A DNA stretch of 64,000 nucleotides from Botryllus schlosseri (Eukaryota), in the NCBI GenBank assembly GCA_051294905.1, contig CM119372.1, positions 29,390,001 through 29,454,000 on the forward strand. Reading direction: 5' to 3'. The first letter of the stretch is position 1. Every line of letters begins with the position of its first letter. Shown in pieces: positions 1-11,554 of the stretch. The translations under genes were made by a program, and so were the position numbers. A model generated the notes under the pieces. It ran no database searches. It was not told where the DNA came from and saw only the letters and a list, made by a program, of their open reading frames with translations.

Positions 1-106
1 CAGGCGCCGCATTAGTCTACATTCAAGACTCTGCTGCCCAACGAAGATCGATCGACTCTGCTTGGGACTAAATCTGGTAATATCTAATTCGTTTCCATAC
101 GTTTGA

Positions 107-590
107 GTGATGTCTCTTGTGAAGTCTCCAACGGATTCCCGCAAGTCTCCAACCCTAGCACCGACTTGGAAGTCATTAGCTAAGATGACGGTCGACGATT
201 TACGATCCGAATTACAAGATCTTGGCGAAACTACAAGTGGGAGCAAGACGGTATTAACGGGGCGATTAAGGAAAATCCGTGATTTGACCAAGCTTTCACA
301 GAAGACCGAGCAGAAGTCCTCCTCTCCAGCTACCACTGAGAGTCCCTCTGATCTGCTCATGCTTTTCCAGATGATGAAGCATCAGCAGGATCTCGATCGT
401 CAGCAGCAGCAATTAGATCGTGATGCTGATCGCCAGCAGCAGCAATTAGATCGGGAAGCTGCCAATCGCAAGTTTCAGTTGCAGCTCGAAGAGCTCAGGC
501 AGAGACAGGTGCTGGATCGTGAGGAAGCCGAAAGAATACAGTCGCAAGTTCGTGATGAAAGCGAAAGACGCGGCACTGAAATCAATGAGT
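107..590 (+). mobile_element. Truncated Gag-like ORF of an LTR retrotransposon (N-terminal SAP-like motif plus Q/E/R-rich coiled coil)
   Basis: ORF 107..736 has LAKMTVDDLRSELQDLGETTSGSKTVLTGRL (SAP-like), then QQDLDRQQQQLDR repeats. Composition changes abruptly near 590, suggesting truncation. Confidence 0.5.
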
Positions 591-659
591 GGCGCTTTAC
601 CAGGTGTCGGGATCCTGTCTGCTGCACACTAAATCTGGCAATGGGTACTAGCAAGCGTT

Positions 660-965
660 GTGTATCTCAAATCTCTTCTGTTTCAAATACAAGCAGTCCA
701 GAACATACAATACGGAATAGCTTGTTCAGAATATAGTTAAATGGCGAGTTTCACAAGATTGCTTGCTCGTCCGATATAGAAGTCGATTGGCGAGAAATGA
801 AACAGGAACCGTGAGACATGAAGAAAACCGAGAACGGACGCCGCGACAATTAAATTAACCAATCAAATTAAACAACAATCAATCGATTAGACGTAAAGAC
901 CGACGTGAAAACCGACTAGCCGCGAAATGCTTGTCGCCGAAATATCCGATTCCCGCGTCGCAATA
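660..965 (-). mobile_element. Probable 3' LTR of the BEL/Pao element (distal end uncertain)
   Basis: On the minus strand the polypurine tract AAGGGGGGGAGGA (about 966-978) lies just after the pol stop and is followed by TATTG (canonical TGTT with one change). The far end could not be fixed. Confidence 0.45.
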
Positions 966-990
966 TCCTCCCCCCCTTGACCGACAGTAG

Positions 991-2643
991 TCAGTCAACA
1001 GGTTCCAACAGATGAATTTTCTGAATGGGACGAGTCAATATACTTTTTGCCGTTTTCAACTTGAGCGTCCTTACAAGGCCATCTTTGCCTTCAATCGTAT
1101 CGATGACTCGTGCCGTGAGCCAACTCGGTCTATTTAGCCCGTCTTCTGCAATAAGGCAAACATCTCCTATCTTCGGGGCTCGTTGCTGAATGTTCCACTT
1201 GTTTCGTCGAAGCAGCGAAGGGAGATACTCCTTGCTCCACCTTGTCCAAAAGTGTTTGAGCAGTGTCTGCAGATATCGGAACCGCTTCGTAATGTTGGCG
1301 CGTGTAGGCAAGTACGGTAGTTGACCGAGCGGACGTCCAATGCAGAGATGAGCCGGCGTAATAGCCTGCGGATTCCGGGAGTCGGCTCCCAAATAGGTCA
1401 GCGGTCTTTGATTGAGTGCGCATTCGATGTCTGTAAGTACGGTATACATTTCAACGTAGGTTAGACTGGCCTTACCCAATATCTTCCGGAGCGGCTCTTT
1501 GAGGGAGCGATTCATTCTCTCGTAGAACGCTCCGCGATGGGGCGCACGCTCTACTATGTACTTCCAGTGAATACCATTGTCGGTCATGAACTTCTGCAAT
1601 TTTTCGTTATCAGCAGTACCTTTGAATAGCGCACGGATGGATAGTCTGATGATCTTCTCAGCCTTCTTGAAGGTTTTCTGGTTGTCGCTGATTATCTCTC
1701 TGCACCAACCTCTTCGGTTCATCATGCGTCTCAATGCAGCTAAGAACTCTTCAGTTGACATACTGTTCGTTAATTCAAAATGAACCATCCTACTGTGGGG
1801 ACAGGTAAACAGACAGATGTACGCCTTCTGCATAGTTTTGGTACCAGTGTCGATATAAACGGGACCCGTGAAATCAAGACCCACTTCTGAAAATGCAGGA
1901 GCTACACAAATTCTTTCTGGGGGCAGTATTCCCATTTTCTGGGTCAAGGGTTTCGTGCGCCAATGTCGACATGTGATACATTTACGTAGGGCTCGCCTAA
2001 CCTCGCCCCGAATATGGATAATACTGTAATACTCGCGGATGATCGCAATAGTGGTATCCTGTGGAGAGTGGGAATTCGTAGTATGAACATACAAGATGAA
2101 TTTTTCGACGAGAGAATGTTTTGAAGGAAGTATTACGGGATGTTTCGCGCACTCCGGTAAATCGGATAGTAGCAAACGATTTCCTGCTACAATTAATTTG
2201 CGATCATCCTCGTACTGAGGGTCCATGTTGATAAATATGCACTTACGCGACACGTCTTTACCACCTTGAAGATCGTCAAAGTCGCCTGCGAATTCGGATC
2301 GCTGTACGAGGCGCCATAAATGATCTCTGGCAAGATTGTACTCATTCGGTCCAATTAGGTCGTCGTTGCAATGCGGGTCCAATGCCGAAAAGTTGCGATT
2401 CTTCCAACGAAGAATTCTCGCGGTGATACGAACGATCTTGTTGAAGTCGCTGTAATCTTTCTCAAAAAATGGAACCGAATCTTTAATATGAGCAACATGG
2501 ACATTACTTGCACTTTCCAACAACGGGGTGTCCAAAGTCATATTGTTAGGGAAAATTTTTGTTGGCCAACATGACTCGTCCTCAACTAGCCAATGCGGTC
2601 CATACCAGTATACGCTACTCGACTTCTGTTTCTGTTGCAGCAA
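991..2643 (-). mobile_element. BEL/Pao LTR retrotransposon pol 3' part (end of RNase H region, integrase zinc finger and DDE core, C-terminal domain), 5'-truncated
   Basis: 550-aa open frame with YWYGPHWL, HPVILP, H..HS/C..C zinc finger, GLDFTGP, ISDNQKTF, APHRGAFYER, LNQRPL, FWTRWSKEYL, GKDGLVR and RPIQKIHLLE, all typical of BEL/Pao. The PPT follows the stop. Confidence 0.93.
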
Positions 2644-4952
2644 ACCCCTTGCAGCAGATATATATTTTTAACAGCGTAAGGAATCGACCGCATTATCTGA
2701 TGCAAATGATACATTTGCTATATAGCAGTGGTTCTATACTTTTATTCACCCCAGTGCCCCTCTCAGGAAATGCGATCGTATGACGGCCTCACTCATATTA
2801 CAAGGATCGTAGTTAATAAGACGATAAGCGACAAGGAAAAGTTGTAGCGGGTACTTATAGGCTAAATAGTAAATATATCTTTGCGCTATTAGTAATGTGA
2901 ATGTGAAGATGGCGGATAGCATAATTCTAAGCGTTTTACAAAGATCTATTTACTGTGATGAAAGTGTCGCATTGGCGAACATAAGCGGCCTGAAATTGCG
3001 CACATGAACCATGCAACCGCTACATAAATATAATGGCCACGATTGTCGTGGATATGTTCGTCACTCCATTTATATTTCGCGCGAAGCAAGACTTCAAGGT
3101 TTGACTCATCCAGAAAATAGAACCTCGATTTCTCCGCCTTGGCCTCTCTCTCTTTTTGGTATTCGAAGTACATAATACTGCTAATTACCAAGCTGTAAAT
3201 AGCGAAATTTAAGTAAGTCACAAGATATGATGACGTAGAAGTAGAAGCGGTGGAAAATCAGATTTACTTGAGTAAGTAATGCAAGTAGAGGAAAACTACT
3301 TGAGTACATGGAAATAGCAAAAGTACTTCGTTACTGACCACATCTGCTCGTTACTTGACCACTAATCTAAGTCAACTCATAATCCAACCTATTCCAAACA
3401 CCTAAATTAAAATGAACTAAAACAAAACCAAATCTCAAACAGTTTAGGATGACTCGCAATCACCAATTTACTATTCCACACGTTTACTGTTGGATCAGAA
3501 GGAAGTCACCTTGCCAAATTTACATCGTTACTCATTTCACAAAAATATTACACACAAATCAGTAAACGAGCTCCAAGAGTATTGATTTATTAACAGAGAA
3601 GCATTTATTGACCAAATGTGCCACATATTAAAGTATCATATATTCAATTAGAATTTACGTGGCAGTTTCCGCTGTAGAGTGTGATATATAATTAAATTTA
3701 TTAACTCGCTTTTGCTTCTTTCATGCTTCGGGATGAACTGAAATTGATTGAAAAGGCGATTGTTTATCAAGAACACGAAAATAAACTTTTGTCAATTGTC
3801 TATCAATAGAGACACTGGCACCTTCAGTTGAAAAAAATAGAAACGAATTTGAGTCTTTGAGCCAATGATCATCAAGTTTTTTTGTCGGATGTCGCTTCTG
3901 CTGAAACACTGTCGAGTGCCCATGTACTCTCGCTTTGGAGTGGCACTGGTTTTTCTCGCAGCCAGATTGGATTCAGAGGTGACAGGCATCGGGAAATGAT
4001 CCCGTGTCACATGCGATGCCAGCAGTGCAATCAATAAAGTGGATGTTGGCATGCTATGGCGGAATTGCTTGCATTTTTCTGGGAACAGTTCCAACAAAGA
4101 TGAACGATATAATATTCTAATATTTAGTTGTAACAAAGAAATCTCTGCTTGTATCGATCGCATGCTTATACGTTACGTAGGTCAGTTCTTTGATCTTGGT
4201 AACCGGTATTCTTGGTGACACAATGTGCTATGTTACTAATCTGAACAAGAAATTCTAACTTTGCATTGTTTCCATATCGTTTCCATATATTCGCCACACG
4301 AGAATGGTGCCCTATATTCAATTCAAGCATTCAAAAATCAAATTGGGCCCATGATATTAGCTATTAGACGGGAATATGAGATATATGGCACCCGGAATTG
4401 TCTCGTTTTCCCAAATAAGTTATTACATATAAAAAATTATCAACGCCTTATATTCGCCAAATATACCTACAGATTTACCTGTTATATTAACAAAGGTCAC
4501 ATAACGCCTGGACAAGCCTTCAATATCATTGCTAGCGAAGCATTTGTACTTTGCAGAGTCTTCCAGGGTGGCGCTTTTGATGATCAATGTTGCCTTTCCT
4601 GGTTCAATCTTTTGAAGTGGGTCATTTCAAATATTGTCCGTGGGTACACCGTTTTGTCTCTGCCATCTGACGTTGACAGTCGAAATTCCATACCCGGTAC
4701 ATTCGATTTCAATCGTATCGCCAACCTTGTATTCCTCTCGACTCTCCGACAAAGCGAGAGGGAAAACTGCATGGAATTGAGAACAATATTTGCAGAAAGA
4801 AACCATCGATACCGGCAGTACCCACACCGGGGTTAGTAACACAGAACTTATAATTTTTCAAAATAGCACCTGATATTGATCAGTTGTCTTTTACTTGAAG
4901 TATACTCAGATGGATAATATTTGAATGGAATAGACTTGCTTACCTTCTAAGG

Positions 4953-6071
4953 CAGTGGTTCTCAAAGTATGGGTCGCGACCCAAACATGGGTCGCGGAGG
5001 GTCAGAAAATGGGTCGCGACATAGTGATTCAAATCTGTCAAAATTCAATTTTCTTAGTGGATTATTGCTTCATCATACGCATTTCATTTAGCTTCTTAGT
5101 GGATTATTGCATCATAAGTGGTGTTCTAAGAGTTTCAATGGCAGCGCAGCTACACTAGGCGTAACTACTTAGCCCAGTAGCTGCTAAAAAGACTAAGTTA
5201 AGGAATGAAATGCATTTTGATCGCGAATCTAAGCCTGCGCCAGGCCACTGTTATTCACATGATGCAATCGCACAAGCTCGAGCAGTAATTAGTCTTTACC
5301 ATCTCCACACACCAAAAATACTACACCATCTTGGCAGACAGTAAAAATCATATTGATTTAAAACAAAATTAATCCAGATTGTTTGTATCAAACGGCAACA
5401 GACTATAATTGACTTGCGTGTCATCACTGTTCGAGTGTTCGTCTTTGAGCGCAAAATGGAGAGATCTTCCACTGTGCTGTAATATGATCTGCGCGCACTT
5501 TCGTGATTACATCCTCGCTTTGGTAATTAAGGTCAAGATACCTCGCTGCCATCGAAATTTGTTTGCTACTTTCATCGGATCTGATACATTGTGATTTGCG
5601 AGGTGATCATCGATTATCTGCTGCGTTGCGTCATGATTCGAGCGCGCTTTGTATCAAGATCCGCGCGCATGAAACTCGCTGTCGGCAAATAGTGGCGCGC
5701 AAGGCAAAAGCGCCTTCCGTTTGTTACTGTAGCATGCGACTGCGCATAATAGAGCTATATTTTAAGATAACTGGCAAATGTTCATGTGTATAAAGACGAT
5801 TTGCGCATTGCGCTCAGTAAGATAGAGCCGTGCATTGAAAATATTATGAAAGAGAACTTTCAGTTTCATCAATCACACTGAATGAATGATCTGTCTCTAA
5901 TAAATTGTTCTTTCATAGTACTGTGTACTATAACTGGTTGTCTGTGTCTTATCTGAAAAATAAGCAGAGTGGTAACACAAAAAATACATTTTTTTATGTT
6001 TGAGATTTGGGTCGTGAGGTGATCATGAAACTCAGATTTGGGTCGCGCTCAAAAAAGTTTAAGAACCACTG
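4953..6071. mobile_element. hAT (Charlie/Buster-type) MITE
   Basis: TIRs CAGTGGTTCTCAAA / TTTAAGAACCACTG; perfect 8-bp TSD TTCTAAGG (4945-4952, 6072-6079). Confidence 0.88.
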
Positions 6072-6789
6072 TTCTAAGGCATCATACTTCTTCAAAATAC
6101 TTTAAAATGGTCTACTATACTTTCAAATTCAACTAATTGGTTATATTTACAACTCACTTCCACTTCAAAGTCGACAGTTTTCAAGCCGAACTACTTATTT
6201 TTCCTAATTTTTCAGATTTTGTAAAGTACAGTACAGTTTTAAACCGATTTTTTTTGCGGCATGGACGGCGCCACAGACCCTTCTCCCAATTTACTACTTC
6301 AGTATTTTGACTTCATATGCATTCAGTCCGCCAAAATACCTGTGAAGCTACGTCATTGACACAAAATATTGCATCCTCTTCTTACAATTTGCATCTTGCA
6401 TATACGGAAACTATCACTGCGATTGCCAATCAAATGTGTACAGAGTCAGGCTTCAATCCATTCATTTAAGGTCCATACTCGAGTAATTATGAAACCCTTC
6501 ATTATATTACAACTCGAAGAAGTTTTTTGACATCTCTTGCAATCATACGTTCACTTGTATTTCAGTGGAAATATATATTAATGCTACTACTTAAAGAAAC
6601 ACGACTTTTCCTTTACCAGCACCAATTATCAATATTCATGCAACATCCCAATACAATTTTAGATTTTGACCTGGATTTGGGAATGATATGAAAAAAACTT
6701 AAATTTGTTATTAGCATTAGGTTCAACGATCAACTGCGCAGCAGGATTCGGAAGTGAAAATATTGAATCAGCTCGTGTCTAGTGACATG

Positions 6790-7273
6790 TAGGGTTGCAT
6801 TTAAAACAAGTGGTTGTTTAAAACACTTTGTTTAAAACATTTTTAAAAAAGTGTTTTGAACAAAGGCTTATTTAAAAAACAAATGTTTTACAAGTTGTGT
6901 AAGTATTTCCCATACAGAAGTTGTTCGCTACTTTTTTCACTGGGAGCCATATTTATTCGCAAAGAGGACGCCTTGAAACCTCAATTGGTCGTTCAACAGC
7001 TTTCAATGCATGCAGGACAAAGCTACGCATGTTAGTGAAGATGACATTTCTGGGTTAAGCAATGATCAACCAACAGTATTGTCACGCAGCACAATGAAAT
7101 AAATATGATCAATAAAAATCCCAAATTATATTGATGTTGTGTAGAACTGGCAATATTTTCTTTATTGTCACATAAAAGAAACATATTTAAGCTTCCCAAA
7201 TCATCCATGATGCTATGATTCATAATGAGCGATGTGTAGTGAGCTTCGTTTTCGTGAAACCATGACGTCACAG
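6790..7273. mobile_element. One-ended MITE fragment (TAGGGTTGCATTTAAAAC family)
   Basis: Matches the start of the two-ended copy at 22726-23149 but lacks the right terminus; another relative lies reversed at about 48340-48928. Confidence 0.65.
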
Positions 7274-7641
7274 AACTCTAATTGAGAATAGATAGTCCTA
7301 ATAGGGCTCCTTCGACGGAGAAGGTTTCCGACTCCTGAACTATAAGCGATATCAGAATACAAAAGAAAATGTCAACTTACGTGCCGAGACCATCATACAT
7401 CAGGTCACTAACTTCTCCTGTGATGACGCTGGTAGTTATGAACACTAAATTTAACCATCCCAAGTCTTTGCATCTCTGTGTTGCGCCTCCCCACATTTGG
7501 TCATTACCCGAATAGAATCCGTATATATTACCAGTTGTTTGACCTAGTGACCAGTAGACGTATTCATCCGCTGTAAAATTAATTAAGCATTAGAAGGGCG
7601 TGTTTTACATTGTTACGTCACTGATATCGTAACGATTGGAT

Positions 7642-8903
7642 CAGGGGTCAGCAACGCGGTGCCCGCGGGCCCCAGGTAGCCCGCGAGTACCACATGAGTA
7701 GGCCGGGAGCCTGTTCTAAAAATAGATCGAATGGCAGCATTTACCAATATTCGTCATATTATTTCCAGTGAGCTTTTAAATATATAGATTAATTGATTTA
7801 GTCATTCTTGTTTAAATCACACTGACATGTAACTTACAAATGACAATACATATTATAAACACCTAAAATGATTATATCAAATATCCTCAATTACAATTAG
7901 TAATATACCAAAATGTAATCGAATCACGAGATATCGAAGACGTAGGATACGGCGCACTGCCTAGTGCCTATACAGGCGACATGACGGAATGCAATCCACG
8001 GTCTTCTTGAAATGGCGGGGGTCCGTTATGGAAGCTCGACGCCAAGGACAATGCCAAAGTAGTAAACAACATTACTATTTGGTAGCAGATAGCCGTGAAG
8101 TACTAGCAGATTTTCAATATCTGTATGCCCATTACGTATTGCATCTTTTGAAACAGCTTGTTTATCTTGCACTCAACGCAGTTTAGTACCATGTTTCTAA
8201 CTCTCTGTGATCGTTGCTGCTGTCCGGTATCATGAAATCTGTCATCTCTGGATGCTGAACAGTTGGAGATTGAAATTGTAACACTGCAAAACGACCTCCA
8301 CCTCAAAGCCGACCAGGCTGCACCAAACGTTGCTGCCTTGTTGAGACGGAAAAGTACAGTGGTGTGTTCGCAGCAGCTATGACGGATGCAAGCGTGTTTG
8401 GTTCAACTTATCGTTGTGAATCAGCCTTTACGGACATGAACTTCTTCGAAAACAAACACAGAACACGCCTCAATAATGCACATCTGGAACACTCGCTCAG
8501 AGTTGCAGTGTCAAGTTACACACCAGAGTACAGCGTACTAATTGATAGCATGCAATACCACTCTGCCCACATACTTATATAGAAACAGATAACTTGATGT
8601 CTAGTCTAAAGCGTGACAGGATTTATTTTAAAATTTGATTTGACTGTTGTTGTATAATTTATACAAAGATGTTGCGAAGTAATTTATCTTTAAAATCTTA
8701 GTGGCTAGCTAGTTGAAATGAGATGTTTTGAGTTAAAAGACTCTCTTAGAAGTCTTACCGCAACGTGATTCCTGCCCATAGCTCTGAATATGAAAGCAGA
8801 AATTCAGTCCGAGACGGGTAAACGGCGGGAGTCAATGGTAGCCCGTCGCTTCAGTCAGTACCCAAGAAGTAGCTCTTGGTTGCAAAAAGGTTGGTGACCC
8901 CTG
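7642..8903 (+). mobile_element. Internally deleted hAT Charlie/Buster (SPIN/GTF2IRD2-like) transposon with a transposase C-terminal remnant
   Basis: TIRs CAGGGGTCAGCAAC / GTTGGTGACCCCTG; TSD GATTGGAT/GATTAGAT. 8364-8582 encodes FGSTYRCESAFTDMNFFENKHRTRLNNAHL, a hAT dimerisation motif. Confidence 0.88.
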
Positions 8904-9266
8904 GATTAGATAACCATCTAATATTTCGAAATAAATATACAGTTTTCGCATGATACAGCTCTAATTTGTGATATTTGGACCGAGAAACATTGCAATTGTA
9001 CATATCAATGTGACTTAACAGGGTAGTCGAGTCATTACCCAATTACCCGACAGGACAAAACGAATTCGGGGGTGTGCCCGTTTTGGGAGGTATAAACTAG
9101 AGCCCGGCCGACATCGAAAAAAACGACAACTAGTACATTTACCGATAACCCCGATATTAAGAAATACGTGATCAATTCCAAAACTTAAGCGCAATATTTG
9201 AACAGCCAGCGCTATATGCTCGTACATTAATTAAAACTAGAAAAGCTGCTTCTGAACAACTGTAAG

Positions 9267-9512
9267 CAGAGGTTGTCAGTAACGAAGTACATGTACTCTT
9301 CCAGAGTACTCAGGTAGGTATCATTTACTGGCACCTATTGCTAAAGTCAGTCAAGAGGTTGTTGTTGTTTATTGAACAATTTTGGCGCTCATCGCCTATT
9401 CAGGCCATTTCCCCCCTCTTTTTCTCTATCCTCTCTCTGTAACTTTCACTCTAAAAATCGCTACTTCTACTTGTACTTAAGCAAAACTAGTTCTACTTGT
9501 GTACCAACTCTA
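9267..9512. mobile_element. hAT MITE (CAGAGGTGGTCAGTAACGAAGTAC family)
   Basis: Imperfect TIRs; TSD ACTGTAAG/CCTGTAAG; relatives at about 3200-3346 (reverse) and 37818-38948. Confidence 0.6.
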
Positions 9513-9811
9513 CCTGTAAGCTGCAAGACGTATCTCAATATTCCGCGTATAGCAGTGGCAGAATATAGTTCTCTGACTTGTGCTGTCACATTGTGACATC
9601 GTGAAATGCTGATATTTTTTGACCTCTAACATCCAATACCGATATTACCTTCAAAGTGTGATGTCGACTCGATATTTTGTAATGATTCGAGTTGAATAGA
9701 GAGCGTCGATGTTTTAAAGTAATGAAATATACGCCTTCATGTCAGAAGTAATATTGATTAATGATATTAATTACTAAGGAGGACGATTTCATTCGATACT
9801 ACTCTTTTGAC

Positions 9812-10659
9812 CAGGTACGGCCAACCCGTGGCCCGCAGGTCAAGTGTGGCCCGCAAGAAGGTTTTGAGTGGTCCGCGATGCAACTCTCGAAATTAGTTAT
9901 GATATCACAAAATATAAATTACCCAGGAAATTTATTGTGGACTTTCGAGGCCAACGAAAATTTGATTAACCTGACCGCGGAACGTGGATCACTAATGACT
10001 AAAATATCGGTTCCGACGCATTGGTGTATAGCCAGGGGCCAGCCGCCTTTTTCGTAGATCTTCGTATATGACCACAAAGTAGAATATTTTGTGGCGTATT
10101 TATTTGATTTCTTTTTTTTAGTATTGTTGCCCCCTCTGAAAATCGAAAATGAAAAATACGCCCAATTTGCAGAATTGAGTCTAACCATATTTGCAATTAT
10201 CAGAGAACATGTCGTTCAACATGCATTCGCAGAAACATGCGATGAAACGATGAAACCTTTGCACAAAATGATAGACGCATATTAGCCGAAATCTTCGATA
10301 TTGATATGTCCAAGGGCCGATAAATGCTGTCCCTGCAAAATTAGCCCAACGGTGTACAGTGGCGACCCGCAGTACATGCAATTAACATTCCATTTGACCG
10401 AATTCATTCACTACCTTTGAAAATATTTAGCGCCTCGGGCGGCTAGGGTATGAATGCACATGCACAGTTGCCCACAGACTTTCCATGTTATTGTTATTAT
10501 CGATTTTGATGCGTAGTGATACAAGTCTTATTTTCACCGTTACCTAATCTGATCTGCTACTTTCCGACGACTGAAAAATGGTTATCAACATTCAAGTGAC
10601 ACGCGTAATGATTCGTATAACTCACGTGGTCCTTTGATCGAAAAGATTGGCCACCCCTG
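9812..10659. mobile_element. hAT (Charlie-type) MITE
   Basis: TIRs CAGGTACGGCCAAC / TTGGCCACCCCTG; perfect TSD CTTTTGAC (9804-9811, 10660-10667). Confidence 0.82.
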
Positions 10660-11554
10660 CTTTTGACTATATCTGGAGTTGTCCAATACAGTAAATAGAA
10701 ATAGCTTATCTCTTGTTAGGTAACTCAAATGTAGAGTTTAATTGATAGATTTGAATTGATATGTTGTGGTGCAAAGGCAAACTTGCATAAATATTTAACA
10801 CTCGATATGTTAATATTTTAACATTTAACACACTACATATGAACGGTTGTCGAATTCTGATGTAGACCAGGTTTTCTGATGACGTAATACATGCATTGGC
10901 ATCCATCTTAGATGACGACGCTCTGGTTGCAAAACTGATAAAAAGAGTTGGCGGTCAGAAGAGGAAATCTAATCATTTAATCCGTGTCTGTGTCATTGGG
11001 AAAACAACATGCCCAATTTCTAACGTAGAGTCATCGGAGTCCGACCACGTTGGCCGTGAGCTTCGTGAAGTATAGCCTAATATTCCAGTGCTGGTACAAA
11101 AGGTTAATCCATTGCCTTCGTGTATACAATACCTTGTTCTTGTAGTACCGCAAACACAGCGGATAAATTGAGTCGCCTATCATGCCTTGTCACGTGAATC
11201 TGACAGATGTCGATTAGTTATGTTCCTATTGTAAGTGCGTTGATGTACACGTATCGCAGTGCCATGGTGAAAATAAACATTGTAATTTGAGGGAGCGCAT
11301 CAGCTGTCAGACGAGAAGCCTCCGAAGATATGAATCGGGTAATGAACTATTGCACTTCCAATCTTCTTCAACATCTGAGCACAATGCGCTGTTATTCTTT
11401 GTTAAAACTATAAATGGTGAAATTACTTTGTATCTGCTCTGGAATTATAGACCTTCGGTGGAATACTTGCAATCCACTGTATACGGAATGTTACCCGACA
11501 TCTTGGCGTGCGAGACAGTGAAAAACAACACTTGAGCATGCCACACATGAGCAT

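Larger units (their letters stand above)
3586..7570 (-). pseudogene. Copy B of the C-type lectin + Ig gene, pseudogenised
   Basis: Lectin exon 7570-7381 (190 nt, AG/GT flanked, open) and Ig exon 4766-4479 (288 nt, TGA at 4627-4629 where copy A has TGG). Terminal acceptor at 4241-4242; AATAAA at 3586-3591. Exon sizes equal copy A, but exons 3-4 are absent. Confidence 0.8.

Noticed and set aside
4261..4836. 191-aa plus-strand ORF
   Set aside because: Antisense shadow of the Ig exon; the equivalent frame is not preserved in the paralogue.
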